This document shows, piece after piece, positions 11,831 through 24,300 of a stretch of DNA of 64,000 bases. A program made the position numbers and the translations under genes. Position 1 is the first letter of the stretch, and each line of letters opens with the position of its first letter. Origin of the DNA: Raillietiella orientalis (lineage: Eukaryota). Location: positions 1,674,001 through 1,738,000 of the forward strand of contig JAYWIR010000027.1 in the NCBI GenBank assembly GCA_036172245.1, written 5' to 3'. Under the pieces are notes generated by a model, which was not told the origin of the DNA, searched no databases, and saw only the letters and a list, made by a program, of their open reading frames with translations.

Positions 11831-14800
11831 GAAGAGAGAGGAAGGAGGACGTCCGGCGGCGTGAAGATCGCACACAAGCACGGAGGTGGACGCTGCAAGC
11901 AAAGAGAGGCGGCCGCCGCCACCTGCTTTCTGTTCCTCTCCCCCTTCCCCTCGTGTTGCCCAGAGAAGCGCGCCATCGGTACCCAGTCACCGCGAGGGTG
12001 CTTCCTTCATGGAGTGGGCGTCCGCACCCCGAGGCGCGGGAGGAAGCCCTAGACGTCGGGGAAGGCCAACAGCCCGGGGCTCGGGAGCATGAGCTCGAGG
12101 ACCTTCCCGAGCCACGGGGACGATCCGGAGCGCTCCCGCGGGCAGAGCGGACCCCTGTGGAAGTTCGCAGCGGGGTCTTTCTCCCGGGGGGAGGACGAGA
12201 GGATTCCGTCCGATCCCGGAGCGGCAAGGGAGCTCACAGGAGGAGCGGAGATGGAGCTCGGGAACTGGACCGGACACGAAGCAAGGAACGGAGGAGTGCT
12301 TTCCTCCCTTCGCTCGTTGAGGGTGATAGATGGCAACGCATAGTCGGCGGGAGAGTCCGTCTCCACGCAGCCACAGCCTCTTCCTCTCTCCCTGAAGAAG
12401 AAAGAGGGAAATCCCGTCTCCAAGGCAAGGAGCTATAGGAACTTGGCAGTGGCGCTGCCCACTCCACCTTCCATATTCCCCCTCCTCCCTCCCTTCATCG
12501 CAAAAATCCCGTTGGGGAGACCGCATCGGCTTAATGAAGCGGAATCGAAGAGGAAGTAGAATAGGGCGGCCTCGGAGTGGGGATGACTGATAGGTTCGAT
12601 TAGGTGGAAGCTGAAACAGAGCTGGCTCCCTCCCAGGGAGGCAGCATGCGCCTTCGGTCGAAGCGCACGCGCGGGGAGGCGCGAGCGGCGGCGCTCTCGA
12701 ACGCTTTCATCTATCCCTCCCCCCGTGCTGGCGCGCAACATTCCCCCGCACCTCAGGAAGAATCTCTTTGTCCGGGAACGATCGGGAGGAGAAAAAATCC
12801 CTTTCTTCCCTCCCCCCTTTCGATGAGAGTCGCCGGGGTAAAAATAGCAGCGGTGGCAGCGCTCCCTCGCGGAGGATCGAGCGCCGCTGCCAGGTGCGCT
12901 CGCCGTCCAGCAGAAGGAGCGGCACTTTCCGAGCAGCGGGGTGGGATGGGGGATGCAGGAGGAGCGAGTGCACGGAGGAAAGGAGGGGGGGGGAGGCCGT
13001 CGAGCGCAGACTGCGTGCGGGTCGTCCTGGAAAGCGAACGAGCGCGGGAAAACCCTCTCCCCCCCCACGGGGGAGGAAGGGAGGCGATGAGCGTGGAGCA
13101 ACCGCCGGCTCCTCGATCCCAGCGCGGAGGGGACGCGCCAGTCAGGGCGTTTCCGGGCGCTCCGCGTCTTGCTACGCCCTCGGCTCTCGAGGCATCCCTT
13201 TCCCTTCTTCATTGTTTGTCTATCATCCCCTCGGAACGCCCTTTCCCTACGGATCGGAAAGCGCGAGGATCCCCCTCCTCCCCCTAGCGCGCTCGGTTTC
13301 CACCGGGACCTCTCCGGGCACTGTGCAAGGTTCGCCCACACACTGGCAGAAGCAGAGCTGCCCGAGCCGGAGCGAGAGTCCGCCGCCGAGTTCGGAAGCA
13401 AAACCGTCGGAAGGGCGCGGAACATTCCGAGTTCACCCGGTCTGACTGCCCGGCGTACTCCAGGATTTGGAGGGACAGTCCCATCTTAGGTGACCCGGGG
13501 CGGGAGCGAAGCGGCGGCCCTGACAAACGGCTTGCTCCTCCGCCATCGCCGCCGAGAACCGGGACAACCCCACGGAATTCCACACCTTCGAAAAGCCCCT
13601 CTTTGGGCCCCATCCCGAGGGGCTCCCTCCCGCAGGAACGGGGGAAAGCCAACGTCGAAACGTCGGGCTCTCGACCGGAGGCGGCGCCGAGGGACGACGG
13701 ACGGTGGCGATCCCGGTCACCTTTTCGGCTTGCTCAGGAAGGCTCTCGTTAGCGGGAGCGGACGTTGGCGCCTGAGCGGCGCCGTCCCCACCAGAACACG
13801 ACGTGGTGGAAGACAGGGAAAGGAGGCGCTCCGGAGTGGGAGCACCATTGGGGGAGCTCGATATGAAGCGTCGGTCCCTATGGAAGAAAGAGCAAGGGTC
13901 CGGAGAGCACTTACAAGAGAGAGCAGCTGGGAACTCAAGAACAGACATCTTAATTGGGGAGGGAGTGAAGGAGAGGGGGAGGAGAGAAGGAAGGAAGGGG
14001 ACGCGTAGGCTAGTCGACCTCTCATGGAAACAAAAAGACACCCACCGACGTCTGCTCCCCATCACGTTTGCGCGAGCCTTGGGTCTAGGTCGCAGCGAAG
14101 GGAGCGAAGAAAAGCGAAGAACCGTTGTTGTGTCGAAGAAGCGCGGCGAGCCTGCCGCGCTTCTTCGGCACAGAGCAAAGACCAGGAGCTCGGGCTCTGC
14201 TCGCTCGCCATGCCAGCCCGAGGAGCGGAGGCCATCGTGCTGGGCGCTGCGGACCGAGGGCGCTCCGCGCTCTTCTCCGGTGAAAGTTCTTAAGGAGGGA
14301 GCCTGGCGACTGGCCCGTTCCTCCCTTGCAACCACGCGCGCTCTCTCGCCACGCATTGTTGCCCTACTCCCTCATTACGCCGAGCATTGTTGCCCTCCTT
14401 CCTCGCTCCGCTGCGCATTGTTGTCGTCGCATCTCCAGTCGTTTTCCAGGCCAGTAGAACGCCCCTCCGTTCTCCGCTCCCGAGCGACGTTTCTACGTGA
14501 CCTTCGCGGAAGCAGGCAGGAAGAATGCAGAGCAGCCCTGGAGCCCCTCCTACAGTGAGAGAGAGAGAGAGAAAAAAAAAATCTCCACTACGCATTCCCG
14601 CACGCGTCCCCTGCGGTCCCTATAGGGGTTCCCTTTCCTTTCGAGACGCCCGCGAAAACCCTGCTGCTGCGCCGCAGCCCGCCCTTGGAATGACCTTCGA
14701 GGAGTCCCAACTCCCCTACGACTCCCCCTGCCTGCCAGGCTCGGGCGGAGGCGGCCCTTGCAGTTCCAGGAGGGAGGAAGGGAACCCAGGAAGGTATCGA

Positions 14801-17800
14801 GTTTTCTTGCCGCGCCACAAGGAGGCGAAGCTCTAAACTTCCGAAGGATGTCCTTCCGCGAAGGCCATCTACGGACCGTCTCTCCGGATCCTCCCCAGGG
14901 ATTCGATCCCTTCTCGCTGCGTCTATCCTTTCCCCCCCCCCCCTCTCTTCTCCAAGGGAACGCCCACACCGCCCTCCGAGCTCTCCGGGAGGTTATCCTT
15001 GGTCCCCCCGAACCGACACTGGCGGCGTGACTCATGGGCCCTGTGTGGCGTCTTCCTGCGCTCCCGCCCTCTCTCATCTCTCCCGGACCGTTCTCCATGA
15101 GTTCCCCACCGGCAGGCCGAGTCATTCTGGCCCATCGCACGCCTCCCCGTGGTGACTTCGTAAAGCTCGCTTCGCTCGAAGGCCGCCAGAGCCTCTTCCT
15201 GCCCGCTTCTCCCAGGCTCAATGGAAAGTCTCTCCGGGAAGAGGGGAAAGAGAAAGGTCTCAGAGACGGCTCCAGGATAGCCTTGAGTCTCTTTCTGGCA
15301 CGCTTTTCCAGATTCCCAGTGAGCCCCCGGCTCCAGTCGATTCTGAATGTGCTTCCAGGAGGTCAAAGAGGAGAAGGGCCCACCTCGCCCCTTCGAGAAG
15401 GGTCATCCTTTCGGTCCGCTTTCCCTTCCTGGCATCTATCCCGCCCTCACCGAGCTCACCGGCGGAAAGAGCCTTCCTCGACCTTCGCTCATGCCCACTC
15501 CTGCCTACCTATGCACCCACCCACGCAGCCCACGCGACTCGCCGCAACAAGACCCTACGGATGGCGTGTGCCGAAGGGACCGCGCGAGACGTGTTGCGCA
15601 GAGGGGCAGCCGACACCTTCCTCTGCTCCACCACCTCTGCCCTCCGTTGCCGTGAGAACGGGATTTCAAGAATCCCTGCTCTCTCTTAGCCCATTTCCTC
15701 TAGCTCGAGACGGCTCCCTCCTCCATTTCTTCTCGCCCCCCCATTCCCCAGCAAGTGCGTTTTGGTGCTTCGCTGCCTCAGGAACTTCGTCGACGGAACC
15801 GGAATGGCTTTGCTTCCAGCGCGTGCATCCCTCACCGCCCTTCCCCCATCAGCTGGGATAGGCGCAGACCATTTGGCCCGTCCCATTCCAGTTATCGCTA
15901 GTGGTTTGCTTCGATCCGACCGAAAGATTCAGCAGCGATTTGGCCCGCCCCGTCTCCTGGCGAGCTGGGCCTCTCTCTGACGCATGAGACCACGGACTTC
16001 GTAACCATCCTTTCCTTTCCTCTTCTCTCCCTCATCCCTTCCTTCTTTCTTTTCTCCCTCGCTCTCTCCTTGAGCGCTCGGGAAGTCATTTCCCACTTTC
16101 GATCTTGGCCGCCTAATTCTTTCAAAGTGCAAGTTGCGTCCCTCCGTCGCCCTCTGCTGAGTGGCGAGAAAACGCAGGAGGCACTCTCGAGCGCTAGTCG
16201 AGAAGTCCGACTTCTTTCCCAGAGAGGACGCTCATGAGACCCTTTCCTCCTTGCATTCACTGTGGTTAGATGGCACTCGTGTTGCCAACCTCCCCTCTGC
16301 ATTTAACTTGTGGTGTGCGCGTGCTTTTTTTAAAAAAAAAAAAAAAAAATTGTCTTGTCCTCGAAGAGAGCAGCCTTTCAGCATCTTCCAAGGTACGGAA
16401 CATCCCTTCATCTGTCCGTCGCGGGTTACGAGTGAAACTTCCGCGAGCGCCAGGTTCCTTTAGCGCCTTGGTTATCCCATAAATCTCTCTCCTTTACCTC
16501 GCCGTCGACGCATACGGCCAGGGATCCCAACCGTCGTCCTTGCAAGGCTGCACCGCTTCCTGTCGTGGGGACGCACATTCCCTCGGAGGGCACACTTAAT
16601 GGGAGGTTATCCTGGGCGATTTTCCCATCTGTGGTCCCCGTACTATCCCTCCTTCCTCCTCTCGTTTTCAATCCACCTGTTTTTAATCTGGGATTCATCC
16701 ATACCCACACAGCATCCTTCTGATTCTCGTGCGGGTTTCCCCCAATCGCAGAAATTTCCCCACGCAGTCGTCCCGAACTTCCGTCTGGGAGCAGCCGGTC
16801 GGATCCTGCCCATCTCGCACCGAGAAGCCTCGAGCCGCCCGCCAACAGGAAGACTGTCGATCGCTTCACCAGCTCCCCCCGCGCTGGCCTGCCTGACTGC
16901 GACCCCACCATCCCACCTCCATCCGGACGAGGAGGGATCGATCCTTCGCTTCACCGAGGAGTTTCTCGAGCCCTGGTTCTGTGCCGAGGTCTTCGAACGA
17001 GCGGCGACCTCGGGTCGACCTCGCACCTCGCTGAGTGGACTGGATCGCAGCGCGCCATCGGACGCCCTGGTTGCTGAGCTCAGTCCACCCTCCCGCTAAG
17101 AATGGTCCCTGCGCGAAGTATAGAGGGAAATGAGAATCCCCTACAGACGAGAAGGGGTAAACCTCAGAGTTTTAGGGGAGGAGGAAGAAGAAACGTCCCC
17201 GTCCCTATTCAGCTAGTAGTTGGTCGAGGAGGATACCCACGAAGCCTGCAGCCCTTGCTCTGAGCTCTCTAATGATGGGGTCCTTCCTCCCTCCCCAGCC
17301 TATCTCCCTCTCCCGATTCTTCTTCTTCTTCCTCCTTGCTCGCGCCCTTATCTCGAGCGTCTCCGAGACGCATCCAGCAGGTCGTCGGTGTCTTCGCCGT
17401 GCCCGTCACCGCACGGAGGTCAGCCGGTCGCCGCTTCGAACAGAAACGGCTGTCAGCCAGACGGCCATATTGCTCGCTCGCCTTGGTGGCGTTCTCCTGC
17501 ATCGCTACTCTCACTTCCTCGTTGCTGTGCTCCGTGGTCGAAGGAGGGGGAGAGGGCACGTGTGGTTTGCCCACGCGACAGAATGTTTGCTTTCGCTGCT
17601 GATCCGATACGGTTTCTATGACGATTCTGTCGACGCCACCGTGGAATGCTCACCCACACACACATATATATATATATTGCTTCTCGCATATATGTATACC
17701 GTTTACAGTGCAGGCGGTGCGAATCCCATGCTTGCTCTGGCACCCGAAAATGCGACTGCAGGTGGGTAAGCAACACACGTAAATTCCTGCGCCGTAAACG

Positions 17801-19659
17801 TGGCATGCGTGCATCACATGCACAACACAAGCGCCCACTATCTTCACAAGATTGTCTTTTGATATCGGAAACGAAACCTTTCCGTCATGAAGGTGTAAAG
17901 GAGGTGTCGCTGCACCTAAAGTCTGCCTATTCCTGTTCTATTTTATTTATTTTTTTTGCACACCGTTAAAGTTATGGTCGTTCCAACGAGCAGCAGCAAT
18001 CCATAGGCGTTTCCGTTTTACTTGGTTTCCATGAGATTCCTCTTTCGCCTGGACAGCCAAACGGAGAAGATCGTTCTTTCGGCACAGCTGCGACTGAAGC
18101 TCACTTAACTGGTGATAAGATGGAAATTAATGCTGCGTGATTCGATTCGAAATTGTGGGTACCTTCGCACGTACTTGAGGTTAATGGTTGAAACCGTGAC
18201 AATCAGAGAGTGCTGATTGCTTATCTTTCGAACCATTTCGTTTCCGAACCAGTCCGGTTTCATCCCTTTCCGAACGGTCAGGTCCTTTGAGACGAAAAGT
18301 TGCTCGCCCACTTCCCTGCGAAGCAGATCACTCGCGGCTTTCATCTACCTGATCCTCATCTTCTTGGCCTGGGAAACCAGACGCACAGGGAGTTGATCGC
18401 TAGCGGTTCGCTCCGATCCGGACGGAACATCCAGCAGCCTTGCTTTTGTGATGTCAAGAGGCTATTACGGCATCCAACTTTGTCCCTGAGAAGTGAAGGG
18501 ATGCGAGACCTCAGCACGTGCCTTCCACAATGGCTGCAGCGGCAGGGCCGGAGGGGGGTCCGAAATCATCCCCAAGCGCTCCGCGCGAATGCTCTTACGA
18601 AGCGGTCGGTTTTCACTTTCATTCGAAGTGGCTCCGCCTCGGGGCCGGTAAAAATGCGATGCACGTCCACAAGTGTGGAAGGAGCCCTGCAAACTTGAGC
18701 TGCTTCCACCATCTCTCGGCTGTGCGAGATCCTCCACGGATGTGCGGTGCCGAGGGAGGCACGAGGAGCTGGCGAACCGGATCGAGTGGGGACTTCATTG
18801 GAACTCTGAGGGTTTGTGGCCGCCAACCGGACCGTCCGGGGAACGGACTGGAAGTGGGGAATTGGATTCCGAGGCGAGGAAAAGGTGATCGGAACTGCTC
18901 TCGCTAGCGATTCACCAGCGGCTCAAGATAGGAGTTCTGGAGTTCCCAGAGCGGTCCCGGCCATTGCAAGAGCGACTGCAGTGAAGGAGGAATTCATCAT
19001 CGACGGATCCGAGAGATGAGGAAACGCTGAGGTGATTGGAAGATTCCTAAGAAGCAGGCAGAAACACGTCAGGAAGGAGAGAGACACGTCTCTCTCCTTG
19101 TTGGTACAGCTTCCGAACTGTGTGCAGGGAACGGAAAACGAATCCATTCACCCAGTAAAGGGAGGGAACATTCGATGGCGTGGAAGGTTCCCCCTTCGCT
19201 TGTACGTGCTGTCTTGCATCATTGTACGCACAAAATTTGAAACGCATGCGTGGACCAACTCTTCTGCCGGCACCTGGAAAGATCGGAATCCACCAGGAGT
19301 CCCTCCTTGTTAGGGGGTGGTGGGACACAGGGTTGCACAAACACCGCGCGTGCTGCTTGACGGCGCAGGTCGCTATCCGACTGGGGCGCTTTCTGCGGAT
19401 TGGCGGCACCAGCTTCTTTTCCTGCGAGGAAGGGGACGGGAGAATTTAGGCAACCTTGGCACGTTCCATGGGCGGAGTTTGGAAGTTTTTAAGTCCGGAT
19501 CGACGGTACTCTCCTCCTGTGATAATTTGGAAGCAATCTCCTGCCTCTTCAGAGATCTCAGAAAACGATCCACACTGCTGCAGGGTTCAGCCAAACGTCT
19601 TCGAAAGAGCGCCTGTGTTGCTGACTGGCATCTGGTCCTCCTACGGAGGCCCGAAGGCA

Positions 19660-20566
19660 TCAAGAGAGAAAGGCCCGGAAAAGTGGGGTGAACCTATCGG
19701 GGTTGACCCCTGAGAACCTGAACCCCCCCTCCCCTTGTGCCTGGACCCCACATTGCTCCTCAGGCTGTAGCACAGCACTAACCCTCCTCTTGCGCGGGGT
19801 CTCCAAAGCAACGCCAGGGAACACCATGTGGCGAGGGGCTGAGTGTCCCCACGTTGCAGCCGCTGTGGAAAAAGGGAAACCCTCCCGCACTTGCTGATGG
19901 GGACCGCTCGGTAGGGCAGTTTGGGCGATGCTGTGTTGCGGCTTTGTTGAGGTGTGTTGGCGGTGCTGGAACTCCCACATCGCTCTTTACCTCTTGTGGG
20001 TGTGTGGACCCGAACTGTGGCAGGTGTGGGGAGCATGAATCTCTCCCGCACCTGCTTGTGGATTGTGTTGCCCTCCGGCTCCTCTGGGAACGCTTCTCCG
20101 CGACCCTAGGAACCCTCTTCAGCAACTCCAGGGAGCTCTTAAACCCCTCTTCATCCGCGACGCACTTCGGCCGGCAGCCTCGCTAGCAGCTCTCTGCTGC
20201 TTACGCGGGATTGTAGCTGCCTGGAGCGAAGCAAGAGAAGGGCACAGTGACAGGGACGCCACATCCACTTTGCCGTCCGATTCGTGAGGATGGAAACGAG
20301 ATGGCCCCACCTGAAGCACTGCATACAGCAAGAGCTTGCCAACATCCTAAAGAGGATGCAGAGAACCGCCCTCAGCAGAACGTAATCCCTTCTCGCACCC
20401 CCCAAATTTGTTTGTTTACTTTTTTGTTTTTTTTTGTTTGTTCCCTTCCCGTTGCGGACCTTACTGGTCGGCGTACCGGAAACCTGGAAGGCTCCCATGA
20501 AATTGCAGACTGTGATTGTTTTTTTTTTTTATATACCAAATAAACGCCCCGGAACACCCGGGTAGC
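19660..20566 (+). mobile_element. 5'-truncated L1/Tx1-like copy: C-terminal zinc finger, 3' UTR and terminus
   Basis: CVDPNCGRCGEHESLPHLLVDCVALRLLWERF (CxxC-x7-H-x4-C, the zf-RVT-type finger of L1-clade ORF2). T-rich UTR at 20405-20445. AATAAA at 20539-20544 followed by cgccccggaacacccgggt. The 5' boundary is approximate. Confidence 0.85.
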
Positions 20567-20659
20567 CATCCATCTCCTGGGGAGAGCAGCTGTCTGGCCG
20601 ATCCACTACCAGGAAACAAGGAACGACGTCGCGAGCATCGACCATCACCTAAGAGCCAG

Positions 20660-20815
20660 AATTTTCCGGTCTAGGCAGGTCATTTCATCACCCTCACTCC
20701 TCCTTGCAGCCCTAAACGGACATGACAGCTACCCCTGTTCGCTCTTTCTGCTGTAGACAAAAGTGACATTTCATTTGTTTATTCGCGAAACAAACGTCCT
20801 GGCGTCTCCTGGTAC
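20660..20815 (+). mobile_element. Second short 3'-terminal fragment in tandem
   Basis: ctgctgtagaca...aaacaaacgtcctggcgtctcctggt resembles ctgctacagaca...aaataaacgtcccgg at 58449-58486. Confidence 0.45.
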
Positions 20816-21339
20816 AACGCAGGTTGCATCGGTACTCCAGAATCTTCTCCGATGTTTCCTTCTCAGTGGAGTGCGTGAGAGTGTTGAAACGTAACTCTAC
20901 ATTATTTCCTGGTGGTCAGTGTGGTCCCGAAACGGAATCGAGTGTGTGGCCCAACGTCGCCTCCAGAGACTGCAGTACCGATCTTTTTTTATATATATAT
21001 ATCTCGTGCGAAGATTTCTCACCAGCTCCGGCCTCCGGCACAGTTCGAATAGCTGGCTTTGCCCAAATGCCGTGAAGGCCTGAATCGGGCACGATCATTT
21101 TGTTGCCACTTCACGGATGTGGATGAACCGGGATCGACGAAAGGATGGTCCAGTGCAAGTAAATAAGCGGATGCGCGTGTGAACGAGGATGCTGGAGTAG
21201 ATGTGGACGGCTGCAAACTGCAAGGCCGATTCCTGCATCTTTCAGCGACTGCAAGTCGAGCAAGGCGCATGCTTGAGGCACGCACTCTTCAGAATGCCCC
21301 ATGGCAGCAGCAGCAACTGCAAGCATTCGTATCTCACTC

Positions 21340-24300
21340 CTAGCGAGCGAGCCAAGGGTCGGAATGACTCCCGAATTTGCGTGAAACTTCCAAAGCGGAA
21401 AGAAATGCCAACTCGAGGTGTCGGGTAAGATGAAGAGCCGATGCTTTCCATTCTTCGCGAACAGCGCGCTTGCGGATGAATTCCAAAGGACCAAAATTGC
21501 CCAGGCAGAAGAGGATGAGACCTCGTGCGGCTGAACAAATTCCACAGCGATGAAAATTTCTGCCAAGAGCAGTCGTAGGTTGGAAATGACAGCAACAACA
21601 AGCCATGTAATTTCTTTGGCTGCCTGTCGATGGCCACGTAAATTGGTGAAAATCCTTTTAACTGAAATTACGACTTCCTTTGTTTTTATGGCACCATGAA
21701 AATTAAAACTTCGAGCCTTAAAGGGAACACAGATCAGAAATGGCTGAAGAATCCGTGGTGCACGCAGCAATTTTTCGAATATCCCAAAATTCGAAGGGCG
21801 GAAATCTCCTGCGTTCACGGAAACTGAATGCTTGCAGGCACTTCACTCTTCCATGGATTAGCTTACCACTGCCGACATTTAACAAACCGAATGGAAAAAA
21901 ATTTTATCACGTGCGTGAATGCGTATGTGCGTAAGAGAGAGTTCACTTTGAAAATTAGAAAAAAAGGAGTTCCCCTCCAGTTTACCTCACAAAAGGAAGA
22001 CGACTGAATGCTTAGACGAAGTCTCAGGTAAATTGGCCGTACAACGCTACATCGAATCATAAGTTCAAAAATTATCATGTTCCATTCAAAGGATGCGTCA
22101 CTTTCTTGGCATGCACTACGGCAAATCAGGATAAGGATGTGACCTTACGGCCTGAGTCGGAAATTATGGAAGATGTTCCCATCGATCCTAACAAGAGCAC
22201 GAAATTGTTTAAGAACTGTGCAATTAGGTGTCGTAAAATGATAAAGTGATAGTGGGTCATCCTCTCGTGTGATTAACTGCTCACCTGTGATTAATTCCTT
22301 TCCTTAGCTTACCAGTTCCTAGCATTTTGCTTGATGAAGATGCAGAACTGGTCAGCGAAAACGATTCGTTTTAAAGCTGTAAAGAACTCTGTTGTCCAGT
22401 TCTGAGCTGTAACCGAACCATTAAAGTGGTCTTTCACAACAGGAAACTTTAAAACAGCTCTTCATTTTAGAAACGTGCTTTCAGGATACAGGAAGCATGT
22501 GCAACATAAGAAAAGATGGGATACTTGTTTCAGCTTAGGAAGCTAATCCTAAAGTGGACATAACTTTGATGAACTCCAATGGCGTCATCGTCGTTCTGAT
22601 CATCTCAGTGATCCAGAATGCTGGTTTTTCCTGACACTTACTGCACGAAGTTTCACAAGTTTCATCATGCTTTGATCGAATACACCAATGTTCGCCATGA
22701 TTAGCTGACGACTGCAATATTTTCTTCAATTACCACAATTTCAAATCCCTTTCCTCTCGTTCCATTCCCTTCCATCTTGGAGCGGCATATCTCGTGCGGC
22801 TTGACAAACAAACACCGAGTCCAAACCCTACATTTCGTAGTCAGCTTTTCCTCCATCAGATCTCGAATAGGTCCTTCGAAGATGATTACATCATTATTTT
22901 ATTTTACGCACATCTATCCAAAACATCTGATAAGATTTCATACGATCGAACTTTGATTCCCCATACTCGAAATTTCCAACACCTCTGTCACCCATTTACC
23001 ACTTAATAAGGCAATTTTGTTTTTGTTTTTGTTTTTTGCGAAAAAGAGAAAGATGCTTTTGATCTGTTTGTATAATATCGTAACTTTGGAAGCATGAGTG
23101 GTCACCGCTCACTTTCTCAGAGAGAACTCATAGCTTACCTAATCTAATAGAACACCAGTTTCCAGTGGTTCCCATTAACAGTTTCAGAAATATGGTTTCC
23201 TTCCTTTATGTTTCGATTAGTCTGTCATGTTATGAAACTATTTACTGCAAAAAGCCTCACACTTTCAAATTCATTCGTAACAAAAATGTATTCTCTGCAA
23301 TGGTTCGTGCCTCTCTTTACAGATGCTTCCCCTAACACATCCATATCCGTTTCATCTCCTTGCACTCCGACATCTTTCTCCACAATATTACAGTACGCAC
23401 TAGCCTCCTTTGGCTAGAAGCATTAACTAGCAAAGCGTGAGACTAGTTATTAGAAGCAAAACAGCGAGCAACTCACAGATTATTCAATCACCAAAAGTCA
23501 CCTGTGTACTTTGCTTGACCCTCAGCATCTTCTGAGATCTGGTCTCGTCTTGATAACATAAAGATCATAAACACTACCTTGCGATGTACTTCTCTTCTTT
23601 CAACAGAAGTCTGAAGGAATTAATGGACAGAAAGAAAAATTATTGCCTTTATTTTTGGGGTTTCTGATTCTTTAGTAACACAAAGATTATCTGGAGCCTT
23701 GATATAGACATTACTGCTGAAGCTCATTCATTCAAAATTCCTTTGAAGAAAAGAGATTCATGTTCCTAAATATGAAATTGAAGATGTTTTCTCTTCCTGA
23801 TGCATTAACCTTGCTTTCCTTCTCTACGGTGTGGTGCAACCCTGAGAACATTAGAACTTCTTGGCGTCATGGTCACTTTACTTGATCGTGATAACAATTC
23901 TCTTCCTGTTCTTACCTATCCGTCTGGCGTTTGGTGCTAATCATCCTGTTCAGTTGTAGAGTAGCCAATAGCTTTCAAAAAAGTCAAATTCTCTTCGTTT
24001 AAAGGAATGAAAGGGGGAAATTCTAAAGAGATGCGATTCTAGGGAAATATCTGAAGTTTCTCTCAGAAACAACATCTATGCAATCTATGAAAGCGTTGTT
24101 TTGAAATTAGGCACTTCACTTAATAAGGCATATACAAATTGAACCGAAATGCTCATTAATCTAATATCGATCTAAACTCGTATAAAAGAAACGAAATCAT
24201 TTTATTATGTGTTCTTTGTAATTAATGTGTGCGCATTAATCTAAAAACCTATCTTTAAAAATTCATAAGGTTACACAGCTAATCATACGGAACTACATGA

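Noticed and set aside
12800..13650. Possible further minus-strand ORF2 copy (AGQSDRVNSECSAPF; SVWANL)
   Set aside because: Similarity is too faint to support by eye.
3254..16000. Many long overlapping ORFs (200-440 aa) in the supplied track
   Set aside because: They are Arg/Gly/Pro/Ser/Ala-rich, overlap on both strands and lack domains. This is expected from stop-codon scarcity in GC-rich decayed repeats; not called as genes.
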